In this document: one piece after another, positions 1 through 14,167 of the stretch | How positions within the stretch are numbered: the stretch's first letter is position 1 | Layout: each line of letters begins with the position of its first letter | Assembly (NCBI RefSeq): GCF_963921235.1 | Contig: NC_086097.1 | Location: 25,422,001 to 25,486,000 of the forward strand | Direction of reading: 5' to 3' | DNA length: 64,000 nt | DNA from: Mobula hypostoma | Lineage: Eukaryota | Made by a program: the position numbers and the translations under genes | The notes under the pieces: generated by a model | Told to the model about the DNA's origin: nothing | The model's database searches: none | The model's input: only the letters and a program-made list of their open reading frames with translations

Positions 1-193
1 CGTGTATTGGAACATTCAGCAAAAAATGTCATTTGCATTAACAACTAACACAATCTAAGGATGCACTGGGGGGAGCCGGCAAGTTTCACCACACATTCCG
101 GCGCAAACATGGCATGGCCACAATGCTCAATACAGAACACAACAACAACAGAACAACAGCAAAACAAGCCCCTTTCCTCCCTCCCTCCCTCAT

Positions 194-208
194 ATCTCTC
201 TCTCTCTT

Positions 209-277
<69 letters not shown>
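194..277. repeat. (CT)n-(CA)n compound microsatellite
   Basis: About 31 CA units preceded by a CT tract. Confidence 0.97.
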
Positions 278-279
<2 letters not shown>

Positions 280-554
280 CCTCCAACCCTAAAGCTTTCC
301 TATCTATAAATCTACCCAAACATTGTAATTATATATGTCTCTACCATTTCCTCTGGTAGCCCGTTCCATATAAACACACCATCTTGTGTGAAAAAGGTAC
401 CCCTATAATCCCTTCTAAATGTTTCCCTTCCCATCTTAAACCAGTGCCCTCTATTGGAATCTGAAACCAGCATTGCTTCAGAGCGTGAAGTAACTTTTCA
501 CTTCCTCACTAGCTTTTCTTGCCCATTATTTTAAGTCTTCATGAGTTTTTTTCC

Positions 555-832
555 AGAGGGTGAAAGGTGAAAGGTGAAATATTTAAAAGGAACATGAGGG
601 GGAATTTATTCACTCAGAAGGTGGAGAAAGCCTGGAATGAGCTGCCAGCAGAAGTGGTGGAGGCGGGTTCAATTTCAGCACTTAAGAGAAATTTGAATAT
701 GTACATGGATGGGAGGGTTATGGAGGGAGATGGTCCAGGAGCAGGTCAATGGGACTAGGCAGAATAATACTTTGACATAGATGAGATGGGTTGAAAGCCT
801 ATTTCTGTCCTGTAGAGCTCTATAACTCTATA
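555..832 (+). mobile_element. CR1 3'-end fragment (others at ~1945-2320, 4212-4855 minus, 39100-39335, 46830-47195)
   Basis: RGNLFTQKV..WNELPAEVVEA; (CTCTATAA)n tail. Confidence 0.8.
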
Positions 833-1337
833 ATTCATTTTAGCCTATTTGATTTAACAAACTTCATTTATAATTTCAAAATAATTCAAAATCTCCTCTT
901 ATCTTTCCATCTCTAAGAACAGCAACACCAGCTTTTCCACTGTAGAGTGCAGCAGTCATTGTTCACAATGTGAGCTCCTCTACAAGGGAGAAAAAATGAC
1001 GCTGAGGTATGGTGGTTGGATGCAAGCTGCTCTCCACAGATCCACTCCTAACTTCCATTATAATCCTCTGATTCTTTTAAATCTACTTCAGTACACTGTT
1101 GTAATTAATTGATCTGTATGGACTGCATGCAAGACAAGTTCTTCACTGTACCTTGAAGCTTTCAATGCCCTCCACTTTGAGAGAGATTTCCTAGAGTCAG
1201 TAGTAAAGTTGTCACATATTTTCAAGAGGGCATTGATCATATTCTTCCCTTCCCCTTTGTCCCCTGGTAAATTTTTCCCATGACAAAGCTCGGAACAAAC
1301 TGACTCATTCAGAAGGCTGGTGCTGGAAATCTGAATG

Positions 1338-1822
1338 ATATACTTTATACTTTATTGTCGCCAAACAATTGATACTAGAACGTACAATCATCATAGCAAT
1401 ATTTGCTTCTGCGCTTCCCGCTCTCTGGATTACAAATAGATAGTAAATATTAAAAATTTAAATTATAAATCATAAATAGAAAATAGAAAAATGGGAAGTA
1501 AGGTAGTGCAAAAAAAAAGAGATGCAGGTCCGGGTATTTGGAGGGTACGGCCCAGATCCAGGTCAGGATCCGTTCAGCAGTCTTATCACAGTTGGAAAGA
1601 AGCTGTTCCCAAATCTGGCCGTATGAGTCTTCAAGCTCCTGAACCTTCTCCCGGAGGGAAGAGGGACGAAAAGTGTGTTGGCTGGGTGGGTCGTGTCCTT
1701 GATTATCCTGGCAGCACTGCTCCGACAGCGTGCGGTGTAAAGTGAGTCCAAGGACGGAAGATTGGTTTGTGTGATGTGCTGCGCCGTGTTCACGATCTTC
1801 TGCAGCTTCTTCCGGTCATGGA
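1338..1822 (-). mobile_element. Rex1/Babar-like LINE 3' fragment
   Basis: ORF 1563-1793 (IIKDTTHPAN.LF..LPSGRRFRS..FFP); (TAAAGTA)n tail; highly similar to 16140-16643. Confidence 0.85.
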
Positions 1823-2559
1823 TATGAGCTCCCTATCAGGATTGACTCAATTGTGATACTGCTCTGGGATGAGTGAGTGACTTGCATCCATTTGTCCTAT
1901 CAATGTTTTTGTACCCCAACTTGCAAATCTTTTAAAGTTACATCCTCACCTGGGCCCCATATCTAAGAAAGGATGTGCTGACATTGGAGAGGTCCGCAGG
2001 AGGTTCACGAGAAATATCCTGGGAATGAAAGGTTAATTAATGCACAAGGAGCATTTGATAGCTCTGGGCCTGTACTCACTGGAGCTTAGAAGAATGAGAA
2101 GGATCTGATAGAAAAGCCTAGACAGGGTGGAGGTGGAAAGAATGTTTCCAATGTTGCAGTAGTTTTCAATAATACAGAGATGAAGAGGAATTTCCTTAGC
2201 CAGAGGGTGGTGAATCTATGCAATTTATTGACACAGGCAGCTATGGAGGCCAAGTTATTGGGTATATCTAAAGTGGACGTTGATAGCTTCTTCCTTAGTA
2301 AGGGTATCAAAGGTTACAAAGTTCAAAGCAATGGGTCCTTGCACACGGCCCTGTCGTTGCTCCTCTGCTCCTACATTGGACCACCTCTTTGCTGCCCTAA
2401 TCTCTGGACCTTTGCTCTTTAGCGTCTGCCTAATGCAGGTAGAAAAAGGTCATCCAAGTGATCTGATTTACCAAAATCAGTCTGTGCATAGACCAGTAGG
2501 CATTCCTTATCTTAGCATAACAGTGGTCTAGTGTGTTGGGACCTCTGGTGTACAGGTTA

Positions 2560-3085
2560 TATGCTGATGTGCTGTAATGGACAAGGTTTTCTTCAATCAA
2601 GCCTGAAGTCCCCGACTATGATTTGAAATGAATTGGGATGGACTGTTTCTTGTTTGGAGATGGCATCAAGAGGTATCTCAAGCACTTGATTATAGTCGGC
2701 CCAGATAGTATATAAACTGTAGTCAGGATTATGGAGGAGAACTCCCTTGGCATATGATTGTTAGGTGTTCAAGGTCGGGAGAACATGACTTCAACAAAAC
2801 CGCCATATTGGAGCACCACCGAACAGTTTATCATTAAACACTCACTTTTTGCCTTTTCTGAATCAGCAGTTCCATCTATACAGTAAATCGAGAAGCGTTC
2901 TGGTTTGATCATGCATCAGGCATGCCCAGAGAAAGCCACGTCTTACTCAGTCATAAAATACACCAATCCCTCATTGCTCTCTGAAACAGCAATCTTGCCC
3001 TCAGATCCTTAACTTTGTTCTCCAGCGACTGCACATTTGCTACTAAGATGCTGGATAAAGGGTGCCCGGCTTGTAGTCCCCCCGC
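2560..3085 (-). mobile_element. Degraded endonuclease region of a Rex1/Babar-like LINE
   Basis: Minus strand encodes SILVANVQSLENKVKDLRARLLFQR (~2970-3055) and FQIIVGDF (~2605-2632). Confidence 0.6.
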
Positions 3086-6000
3086 CCCACCCCCTGCCTC
3101 ACTTCTGGGAAAGCCGATGAGCCATCATCCTCTTAACGATGTCATACCTGCTTGGTTCACCAAGTCCTTCAGAAGATCATGAAGTCTGTAATCATTGTCA
3201 ATTTAAAGATGCATTGCTTTAAGGGAAATTACATGCAGCAGACTGCAGTGAGAGTAATTCAAAAGAGGTATAGTTAGCAGTATTGTCTGCAGCCCGCAGA
3301 GTGTTGCTGTGGTTCATTGGCGCCATGATGTCTGTGATCTTATGGTCTGTTCCAGCACCCCTTTGAAAATGGACCATTTAGTCCATATTGGATCTCCTGG
3401 GTCTTCTTATAACATGCATGTTTATATTTCTCAACACTACATTTTCTCTACTTCATGCCTGTTCACTTTACCAACCTATGTCCTTGTAGATTCTTATAGC
3501 ATCCTCCCCATTATTTATAATACCTGAGCTTTATCAAATGGAAACTCTCATTTCCTGTATGACTCAAAGGCTCAATAGAAGAAAAATCTACCTGACTCCT
3601 TCAGAATCAGAATCAGGTTTACTAACACATGAAATTTGTTGTTGTGCGGCAGCAGCAGAGTGCAAGACATAAAGTTACTGTAAATTGCAAAATAAATAAA
3701 TAGTGCAAAGAAAAAGGAATAATAAGGTAGTGTTCATGAGTTCATATCCTGCCAGTGAATTGGGAGGATTTTACAGAGAGAGCTTTGGTGACATCTCTGC
3801 AGCATTTTGAATGGCTGCTCTAAGTAGTCCAAATCTCAGAAACATTCATGAGGTCAGAGATCGCTGCTGTCCAGTAGACCATGACATCCAGACTTAGCAG
3901 AACTGAAACACACCAAAGGAACTGCAATACATTTCCAGCTCATCATGGTGTGTAACTTCTAGGTGAACTTGAAGGAGAAAGCCCACACAGGACTCAGATT
4001 AGTATCCGTTGGACTAAAACCACTGTGCCAGGTTAGATATTTGGCAAGATCTAGAAAGGCCCAAAATAGCCTCATCTTCCATTGGCAGCTAGAGATTTAA
4101 ACTGCCTCAAAGAATTAAAATGATGATTTAGCAACACATTAGTAAAATCTCCAGAATAGAACAAACCATCCTGAACAAACTGTCCTAACGGTACAGCAAA
4201 GGTAACATTACAGTCATAGAATTATAGAGTCATAGAGCACTAGCACACAGAAACAGACCCTTCAGCCCATCTAGTCCTTACCAAACTGTTATTCTGTCTA
4301 GTCCCATGAACCCCAACACCTGCACCATACCCCTCCCATCCATGTACTTATCCAAACCTCTTAAACATTGCAATCAAACCCTCATCCACCACTTCCACTA
4401 GTAGCTCATGCACACCCGCACCACCCTCTGAGCAAAGAAGATAGCCCTTAGATAACCCTTAAATATTTCACCTTTCTTACTCCTATATTTATCTCAGAGT
4501 AGGTTAAAAGTCAGCACAGCATAGTGGGCTGAATGGCCTGTATAATGTTTTAATGTTCTATGTTCTAAGTTTTCACCCTTAATCTATGACCTTTAGTTTA
4601 AGTCTCACCCAACCTCAGTGGAAAAATCTTTTATCTATACTCATAATTTGGTATACCTCTATCAAATCTCCCCTCACTTCACTATGCTCCAGGAAGCAAA
4701 GTCTTAACCTATTCAACCCGTAATTCAGTCAACATCCTTGTAAATTTTAATTATACTCTTTCAGTTTCATTGATATCTTAAATCTAGGTAGATGACCAAA
4801 ACTACACACAATTCTCCAAATTTGACCTCACGAATGTCTTAAACAACATCAACATTCTGCCCATCATGCCCGTCCCGGCTCTTTAAAAGCACTGCCCAAT
4901 TATACTTACTACCCTGCTCTTTCTAAATGAGCCTGAATACTTCATTCAGACACATTAGTTAACACTCACACTTAGACGGCAACATTTAGGTCGCCTGAAT
5001 CTGCTTGGACTCCAACTGGCTTTTCCCTCTCTACCTCTCCGCTTCGTTGACAAACATTTACCTTCTCGCTTTTCCTGTTCTCAGGGAAAATCATTATCAT
5101 AGAGTCATAGAGTACAACAGCACAAAACAGGCTCTTCGGCCCATCTAGTCCATGCTGAACTGTTATTCTGCTTAGTCCCCAATTGACCCGCACCTGGACC
5201 ATAGCCTTCCATGCACCAATCCAAACTTCTCTGAAACGTTGCAACCAAAATGCTATTGTCCTAAAAGGGTTTTGTCTGTTTCTCTCCCTAGAAATATCTG
5301 TGTCTTGTTGAGTACTTGCAGCATTTTTGTGTTTTATTTGAAATAAATGAACAATTATATCATTTGTTTCTGGAGCCATGGTCCAACACAATTTGGAAAA
5401 ATCAATTTCACCAGGGAAACAAAGATGTCCATCTTGTTTTGGACACAAATGGAATGCCCGCGGTGTTCTTAATAAGTAATTTTCGTATCTGCTCATTTTT
5501 AGACAATCGCTGACAATCAGTTTTGTGGAAAAGCCACCAGCAGAGAAATATAAAAGCATAATGTTACAAAAATTCTGAATCTACAGCTGACAAGGTCAAG
5601 TTTGGGGGAATGGTTGAGAAGAAATAAACCAATCTGAATTTTCCAAAAGTCTTCATGTATCGGATGTCATGCTGAGTTTCAAGCATCACACTCCTGATCA
5701 AGAAGTCCCTCTCGGAGACAAAAAATTAAAAGGCTAGTCTATCATACCTTTGACTTTGGCTACATTTGTAGAGATAGCTGGCACAGATTTTCAGGCAAGC
5801 TATGCTTGACTAGTTTAATTGAATTTTTTTGTATGTGGAGACTGCTGGATTGAAATGGAGTTAATAATAGAAATAATAAAAACTAAGGTATATGGTATTA
5901 AAATTAATACAAAAGAAAGAATGTAGAAGCAGCTGGAGTGTGGATATAAAGAGCAGGGATAAATGAACTGTTCAAGATATGTCCAGGGATCTATGATATG

Positions 6001-6751
6001 ACATTTTTTGACTTCCATTTATCTTCAACATACCGCGAACGAGCAATTAGTTATAAAGGAAGACTTGAAGACGCTATCACTGAAAGACATTTTATCACAT
6101 CGAGGTTATTAGAAAACAGAATACTTTACTACGATTAGCTAGAATATCAGTTAAAAGCAACCAGACGAACATTGGAAAAGTAGAATATGAAATACCACAG
6201 ACAAAAAATCAGTGGTTTCAATGGCACAATGGATGAATAGCCTCCCCTGAGTTGTAATTTTCCAATTCTGAAATGTGGAATAAAATAGTACTTCCTTCAA
6301 TGCCTCATCATTAAAAAATGTCATATTTCATGGCATTTTTCGAGGTACAGCGCAGTAACAAGCCCTTTCGGCCCAATGACCTTGTACCTCCCAATTACAC
6401 TCATGCCACCAATTTACCTGCATGTCCCTGGATCACGGGAGGAACCCAGAGCACCCAGTGGAACCCCATATAGTCACAAGAAGAATATACAAACTCCTTA
6501 CAGGAAGCAGTGGGGATTGAGCCCAGGTTGCTGGCACTATAATAGCATTATGCTAACTGCTACACTACTGTTATGCATATCCATTGATACAATGGATTGG
6601 ATGATGTAGAATTAATTCTTGGGACTAAATAGTAGGGATAGCTTTATTGGATTTATTTCTGAAATGGTAAACGGACAAGATCTGCTGGTTACTCAACATT
6701 AATTGGGTTGCTTAAGAAAGTTTACGTAAATCATCATTTCGTAAGTCCTCT

Positions 6752-9340
6752 TCAAGTCAAGTCAAGTCAAGTCACTTTTTATTGTCATTTTGACCATAAC
6801 TGCTGGTACAGTACAAAGTAATAATGAGACAGCGTTTTCAGGACCATGGTGCTACATGAAACTACACTGAACTACGTAAAACAACACAAAAGCTACACTA
6901 GACTACAGACCTACTCAGGACTGCATAAAGTGCACAAAACAGTGCAGGCATTACAATAAATAATAAACAAGACAATAGGCACAGTAGAGGGCAGTAGGTT
7001 GGTGTCAGTCCAGGCTCTGGGTATTGAGGAGAATGATGGCTTGGGAAATTGTTGAAGAAAGTGCAAAAATGGGTCTATCTATCAATTGCAAAAAGACAGA
7101 ATGTCTGGTGATATCCAAAAAGAAGGAGAATCCTATCTGCAGGCTGAGAATAAATGGGGAAGACATAAAACAAGTAAAGAACTTTTGCTACGTAGGAAGC
7201 TGGGTGACATCAGATGGCAGGTGTGACTTGGACATCTAAAGAAGAATAGGGACGGCAAAAGACACCTTTACGAGAATGAAGAGTATACTGACCAATACTA
7301 AACTAGGCATGACAACCCGCCTCAGAATACTGAAATGTTATGTTTATCCAGTTATGTTATATGGCTCAGAATGTTGGACAATTATCTAGTAACATGAGGA
7401 AACGAATTGTAGCAGCAGAGATGTGGTTTTTGAGGAAGATACAAAGAATACCATGGACAAAACGAATATCTAATGGGGGTGTCATGAACAAAGCAAACAC
7501 AAAAAAGAGAAATAATGTATGAGATCATGAAAAGGCAACGTAACTTCATTGGACATGTGATTAGGAAACAGGAGTTAGAATGCACGGTAATTATGGGAAA
7601 GATTGAAGGGAAGAAAGCAAGAGGAAGACAAAGACAAATGATGATGAAACAGCAGCCAGAGAATTGGATATGAATACCAATGAATTGATCCACTTGACCC
7701 AAAACAGGAGTGTGTGGACCATGGCGGTCAAAGCTCAAACTGGGCATGGCACCTGATAATGATGATGATGATGATGATGATGGCTTGGGGGAAGAAACTG
7801 TTACATAGTCTGGTCGTGAGAGCCCGAATGCTTCGGTGCCTTTTGCCAGATGGTAGGAGGGAGAAGAGTTTGTATGAGGGGTGCATGGGGTCCTTCATAA
7901 TGCTGTTTGCTTTACGGATGCAGCGAGTGGTGTAAATGTCTGTAATGGCAGGAAGAGAAACCCCGATGATCTTCTCAGCTGACCTCACTATCTGCTGCAG
8001 AGTCTTGCGATCCGAGACGGTGCAATTTCCGAACCAGGCAGTGATGCAGCTGCTCAGGAAGCTCTCAATACAACCTCTGTAGAATGTGGTGAGAATGGGG
8101 GGTGGGAGATGGACTTTTCCCAGTCTTCACAGAAAATAGAGACGCTGTTGGGCTTTCTTTGCTATGGAGCTGGTGTTGAGGGACCGGGTGAGATTCTCCA
8201 CCAGGTGAACACCAAGAAATTTGGTGCTTTTAACGATCTCTACAGAGGAGTCCTCGATGTTCAGCAGAGAGTGGTCGTTCCGTGTCCTCCTGAAGTCAAC
8301 AACTATCTCTTTTGTTTTGTTCACATTCAGAGACAGGTTGTTGGCTCTGCACCAGTCCGTTAGCCGCTGCACCTCCTCTCTGTATGCTGACTCATCATTC
8401 TTGCTGATGAGACCCACCACGGTCGTGTCATCGGCGAACTTGATGATGTGGTTCGAGCTGTGTGTTGCAGCACAGTCGTGGGTCAGCAGAGTGAACAGCA
8501 GTGGACTGAGCACACAGCCCTGAGGGGCCCCCGTGCTCAGTGTGATGGTGTTGGAGATGTTGCTTCCAATCCAGACTGACTGAGGTCTCCCAGTCAGGAA
8601 GTCTAGGATCCAGTTGCAGAGGGAGGCGTTCAGGTCCAGTAGGCTCAGCTTTCCAATCAGTTTCTGAGGAATGATTGTGTTGAATGCTGAACTGAAGTCT
8701 ATAAACAGCATTCGAACGTATGTGTCTTTTTCGTCCAGGTGGGTTAGGGCCAGGTGGAGGGTGATGGCAATGGCGTCATCTGTTGAACAGTTGGGACGGT
8801 ACACGAACTGCAGGGGGTCCAGTGAGGCGGGCAGCAGGGTCTTGATGTGCCTCATGACGAGCCTCTCAAAACACTTCATGATGATGGATGTGAGTGCAAT
8901 GGAACGGTAGTCATTGAGGCAGGACACTAAAGACTCCTTCGGCACGGAGACGATGGTGGCAACCTTGAAGCACGTAGGAATGACGGCACTACTCAGAGAG
9001 ATGTTGAAGATGTCAGTGCTAGCTGGTCTCTGCTAGCTGGTCTGCACATCCTCTAAGCACTCTGCTAGGAATATTGTCTGGTCCAGCAGCCTTCCGTGGG
9101 TTGACCCTGCACAGGGTTCTCCTCACATCGGCCAGGGTAAGACACAGCACATGGTCATTTGGAGGAGGGATGGTCTTCATCGCCGCCACATCGTTTTCTG
9201 CCTCAAAATGAGCATAGAAGTTGTTCAAAGCATCTGGGAGGGAGGCATCACCAGCAGAGGCAGGTGGTGTTGTTTTGTAGTTGGTGATGTCCTGAATGCC
9301 CTTCCACATGCGCTGCGTGTGGAAGCCCAACTTCCAGACA
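6752..9340 (-). mobile_element. Rex1/Babar-like LINE, 5'-truncated, (CTTGA)n tail
   Basis: ORF 8127-8945: [57 protein letters not shown] upstream. Confidence 0.88.
7046..7776 (+). mobile_element. RTE-clade LINE 3' fragment with (GAT)n tail inserted in the Rex1-like LINE
   Basis: GLSINCKKT..FCYVGS..RRIG.AK..LYGSECW. 13-bp TSD ATGATGGCTTGGG at 7033-7045 and 7777-7789. Confidence 0.88.
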
Positions 9341-10540
9341 TCATTGATGCATGAACCAATGAGAAAGAAACTTACTCCATTGTTTGTTGGGTCAAAGTGC
9401 AGACTTAAAGACCAGTGCATTTATTACTGTTAGCATACCTTAATCTCTGCTTTTCTAAATGTGTGTTACTTCCGCTCTGTAAATCAACATAGTTCATTCT
9501 CAATAGAGCCATAATCACAGAGTCATACAGCACCAAAACAACCCACTCAGCCCAACTCATGCATGCCAACCAAGATGTCTATCTGAGTTAATTCCATTTG
9601 CCTCTATTTGCCCCCATATCCTCTAAACTAGTAGCTCTCAACCTTTTTCTGCTCATGGCTCACTTACGACTTTTATTTACATCTGTGCTCCCCACTCTCC
9701 ATAGTCTCAGTGAGTTGCTAAAGTATTTTTTTCAGATATGTCTGACAGGTAAAATATATCAATGTGTTCTCCAAGCTGCTTATCTGTTGTTCGTCATTAA
9801 GTCAAGTCTGACTCTTCATGACCTCATGGACCATAGGGTCCAGGGTTTTCAAAGCAAGATATGAAAGTAGACTGCCAGGCCTTTCTTCCATGCTGATACT
9901 GCTGCTGCCCAGGTTGGGACCCTGCCTTGAAATCCAGTGCTGATACCACTACCCCTCTAGCCGGCCCTATGACGCTATACCAATGTGCAAAAAAGAAACA
10001 AAGACAATTACCCCTTGATAACTATCGCATCTCTGTATGCATTAGTAGCTATGTAATATCTTCATTTCCTCACAAAGTTGTCAAGATAGGCAATCAAAGT
10101 GCATTTGATTTGATGAAGTTGACAGCCATCATTACACCAGCAAAAGTGCCGTGCAAACATCCTGCCAACTCTTGTGCTCTGTGCCCTGACTGATGAAAGA
10201 AAGTCTGCCAAATGCCTTTATTACATCCTTGTCCACCTGTGATGCCACTATCCTACTATTTTGTGTGACTTCAACTGTCATTTTTGGAGAAAGCCTCTAT
10301 CTGGAGTTGGCCAGAGCTTAACGGAATGCAGAATAGAAGCTTGGGGAGTACCACTTTTGTCCTAGTGTTTGAATTTACACATTATTGTGTGCAGTTCTGG
10401 TCACTTACCTAAAGGAAAGGTATCAATAATTTACCACCCTCTGACTAAAGTAATTTTTCCATATCTGTTCTAAATGGACGTCCTTCAATCCTGAAATTGT
10501 ACCCTCTTATCCTAGACTCCCCTACCATGGGAAATAACTT

Positions 10541-10936
10541 ATCAGGAAGGTTTGTGCAGTGTTCATTCGCCAGAAAAAGGTCAGTTCCTTTAAGCCGTTC
10601 TATTTCCTTCGTCAAGAATCCTTTAGCCAGAATCAGCAGTAACGTCACGTCTTTGAAGAAATCCATTTCCAGAGAAGTCTCTCCTTATTGACTGTGTAAA
10701 TCACTTGGACTTTAGAATTTACCATTTTAAGACTGTGTTTGAAATTATCACTTTAAGACCGTGTTCGAATTTACCACTTCAAGAACTGTTCCAGAGTTGC
10801 CGTATAGCAGTTAACTTCCAGTTAAGTTAGTCGTTTGAATACTTTTCGCTATTGTTGAGCAGAGCTTAATAAATGTTTATGCTTGTTTTTAAAAACCTGA
10901 CTCAATTATATATTCATTGTTGCTGGTCATGTGACA
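10541..10936 (+). mobile_element. Possible LTR 3' remnant with three ~26-bp tandem units (10714-10792)
   Basis: GAATTTACCATTTTAAGACTGTGTTT-like unit x3, AATAAA at ~10868, ends GTGACA. No 5' TG end or TSD found. Confidence 0.35.
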
Positions 10937-11039
10937 AAATGATGAAGCGATGCAAGCGTGAAACGAGCTACCGGCAGAAGTGGTGGATGTGGGTTCATTT
11001 CAATATTTAAGAGAAATTTGGATAAGTATAGTACATGGA

Positions 11040-14000
11040 TGGGAGAGATACTGTACACAGAGTATAAGAAATAAGGTGGATAATCTTGTTGCACAAGTAC
11101 ACATTGTCAGGTATGATGTTGTGGCCATCACTGAATCATGGCTCAAGGATGGTTGTAGCTGGGACCTGAATGCCCAAGGTTACACGTTATATCGGGAATA
11201 GGAAGGTAGGGACAGGGGGTGGCGTGGCTTTGCTGGTGAAGAATGTCATCAAATCAGTAGAAAGCTGTGACATAGAATTGGAAGATGTTGAATCCTTGTG
11301 GATTGAGAAACTGAAAGGGAAAAAGGACCCTGATGGCAGTTACATACAGGCCTCTCAACAGCGTTTGGGATGTGCACCACAGATTACAATGGGAAATAGA
11401 AAAGGCATGTCAAAAGGGCAATATTATGATAGTCATGGGAGATATAAATATGAAGGTCAATTGGAAAAATCAGGTTGGTAATGGATCTCAAAAGAGTGAG
11501 TTTGCTGAATGCCTGTGAGATGGCTTTTTAGAGCAGTTTGTCATTGAACCTACTAGGGGATCAACTATTCTGGATTAGATGTTATGTAATGTATGTAATG
11601 AACCAGAGGTGATTAGGTAGCTTAAGGTAGAAGAACCCTTAGGAGGCAGTGATAACAATATGACTGAGTTCAACTTGAAGTTTGATAGGGAGAAAGTAAA
11701 GCCTGACTTAGCAGGATTTCAGTGGAGTTAAGGAAATTACAGTAGTATGAGAGAGGAATTGGCCAAAGTAAATTGGAAAGAGATGCTGGCAGGGACGACT
11801 GCAGAGCAGCAATGATGTGAGTTTCTGGGGAAAACGAGGAAGGTATAGGATAGATATATTTCAAAATCTATGAAATATTCAAATGGCAAAATAATACAAC
11901 CGTGGCTGACAATGGAAGTCAAAGCTAATATAAAAGTGGAAGGGAGGGCATACAACAAAGCAAAAAATTAGTGGGAAGATAGAGGATTGGGAAGCTTTAA
12001 AAAACCTACAGAGAGCAACCAAAAGAGTCATTTGGATAGAAAAGATGAAATATGAAACCAAGCTGGTAAACACTATCAAAGTGATTAGTAAAAGCTTTCT
12101 CGGGTATGTAGAACATAAAAGAGAGATGAGAGTGGATATAGGACCATTAGAAAATGGGACCAGAGAAATAGTAATGGAGGACAAGGAGATGGCAAATGAA
12201 CTAAGTGAGTATTTTGCATTAGTCTTCACTGTGGAAGACACTAGCAGTATGCCAGATGTTGAAGGGCGTGGGGGAAGAGAAGTGCAGTTACTATTACAAG
12301 GGAGAAGAAGAAGAAGAAGAAATTGCCTTTAAACTCATGAGAGAGCATAGGCCATCAACTTTTTGCTGTTGATGTTTCTGTAGCAGGCAATTTCTTTTTT
12401 ATGAGGTCAAGTTGCTAGCTCAATGCTCAACCCAGCACGGATGGAAAGCGTGCAAGGGAGATTACAAAGGGGAAGGTGCTCCGTAGGGCGCAGATCATCT
12501 GGCCCGGGTGACTCATGTACTAAGGGTACATAAGTCACCCAGGCCATATGATCTGCACCCTACGGTTCTGAAAAAGGTAACAACAGAGGAATTAGTAATG
12601 ATCTTTCCAAAATCATTAGACTCTGGCATGGTGCCAGAGGACTGGAAAGTTATAAATGTCACTCCATTCTTTAAGGAAAGAGGGAGGCAGAAGAAAGGAA
12701 ATCATAGACCAGTTAACCTGACCTCAGTGGTTGGGAAGATGTTGGAGTCAATTGTAAAGAATGAGGTTATGGAGTAGTTGGTGACACAGGACAAGATAGG
12801 ACAAAGTTAGCATGGTTTCCTTAAGGGAAAATCTTGCCTGACGTTGAAATTCTTCGAGGAGATTACAAGTAGGATAGATAAAGGGGATGAGTGGATATTG
12901 TATATTTGGACTTTCAGAAGGCCTTTGACAAGGTGCCAAACATGAGACTGCTTACCAAGTTAAGAGTCCCATAGTATTATAGGAAGGTTACTGGCATGGG
13001 GAGAGCATTGGCTGATTGGTAAGAGGCAGCGAGTGGGAATTAAAGGATCCTTGTCTGATTGGCTCCCAGTAACTAGTGGTGTTCCGCAGGGGTCAGTGTT
13101 GGAACCGCTTCTTTTTATGCCATATATCAATAATTTAGGTGATGGAATTGATGGCTTTGTTGCCAAGATTTCAGATGATACGAAGATTGGTGGAGGAGCA
13201 GGTAGTGTTGAGGAAACAGGTAGGCTGCAAAAGGACTTAGACAGATTAGGAGAATGGGCAAGAAAGTGGGAAACGAAATCACAATGTTGGAAAATGCATG
13301 GTCATGCAGTTTGGTTCAAGAAATAAATGTGCAGACTATTTTTGAAACAGGGAGCAAATCCAAAACTCTGAGATCCAAAGGGACTTGAGAGTCCTTGTGC
13401 AGGACATCCTAAAGGTTAACTTGCAGGTTGAGTCAGTGGTAAGGAAAGCAAATGCCATGTTAGCATTCATTTCAAGAGGTCTAGAGGACACAGGGCTTTA
13501 TAAGGCACTGTTGAAGTCTCACTTGGGCTCCTCATCTAAGAAAAGGTGTGCTGCCATTGGAAATGGTTCTGAGAAGGCTCACAAGGACAATTCCAGGAAT
13601 GAAAAGCTTATCATTCAAGTAACGTTTGATAGCTCTGTGTCTGAACTCGCTGGAATTTAGAAGGATGAGAGGGGATCTCATTGAAATTTTTCGAATGTTA
13701 AAGGGCCTAGACTGAGTAGATGTGGAAAAACTGTTTCTCATGGTGGGGGAGTCTAGGACAAGAGGGCACAGCCTCAGAATAGAGGGGCATCCATTTAAAA
13801 CAGAGATGCGAAGAAATTTCTTTAGCCAGAGGGTGGTGAATTTATGGAGTTTGTTACTACAGGCAGTGTGGAGGCCAGGTTGTTGATGTATTTAAGGCAG
13901 AGCTTGTAAGGTTCTTGACTGGACACAGCATCAAAGATTACGGGGAGAAGGCCAGGGAGTGAGGCTGAAGAGAGCAGAAAAGGCTCAGCCATGATTGAAT

Positions 14001-14060
14001 AGTGGAGCAGACTGAACAAGCCAAATGGCCTAGTTCTTCTCCTATGTCTTATGGTCTTAT
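11040..14060 (+). mobile_element. Decayed CR1 LINE ORF2 + 3'UTR
   Basis: SIRNKVD..YDVVAITESWL, YRPLNS, VPEDWK, GVPQGSVL, KISDDTK fragments; TCTTATGGTCTTATGG tail. Confidence 0.9.
12308..12460 (-). mobile_element. Short retroposon 3' fragment with (CTT)n tail inserted in CR1
   Basis: Flanked by ATTACAAGGGAGAAG (12293-12307) and ATTACAAAGGGGAAG (12461-12475), 13/15 identical. Confidence 0.6.
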
Positions 14061-14167
14061 GGATATGGAGGGCTACAGCCAAGGAGCAAATCGATGGAAC
14101 CAGGCAAAATAACAGTTCAGCACAGACTAGATAAGCCAAAGGGCCTGTTTCTGTGCTGTAGTGATCC

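Noticed and set aside
45..359. ORFs with CV/TH repeats
   Set aside because: Translations of the (CA)n microsatellite.
4972..5559. 195-aa minus-strand ORF
   Set aside because: Chance read-through of unique DNA, a PLE terminus and a CR1 tail; no coherent protein.
9621..9700. Possible hAT left end (TAGTAGCTCTCAACCTTTTT after CTCTAAAC)
   Set aside because: No matching right TIR or second TSD found.
10714..10792. Three ~26-bp direct repeats resembling a CRISPR-like array
   Set aside because: No spacers, and eukaryotic context; a simple tandem repeat in a probable LTR.
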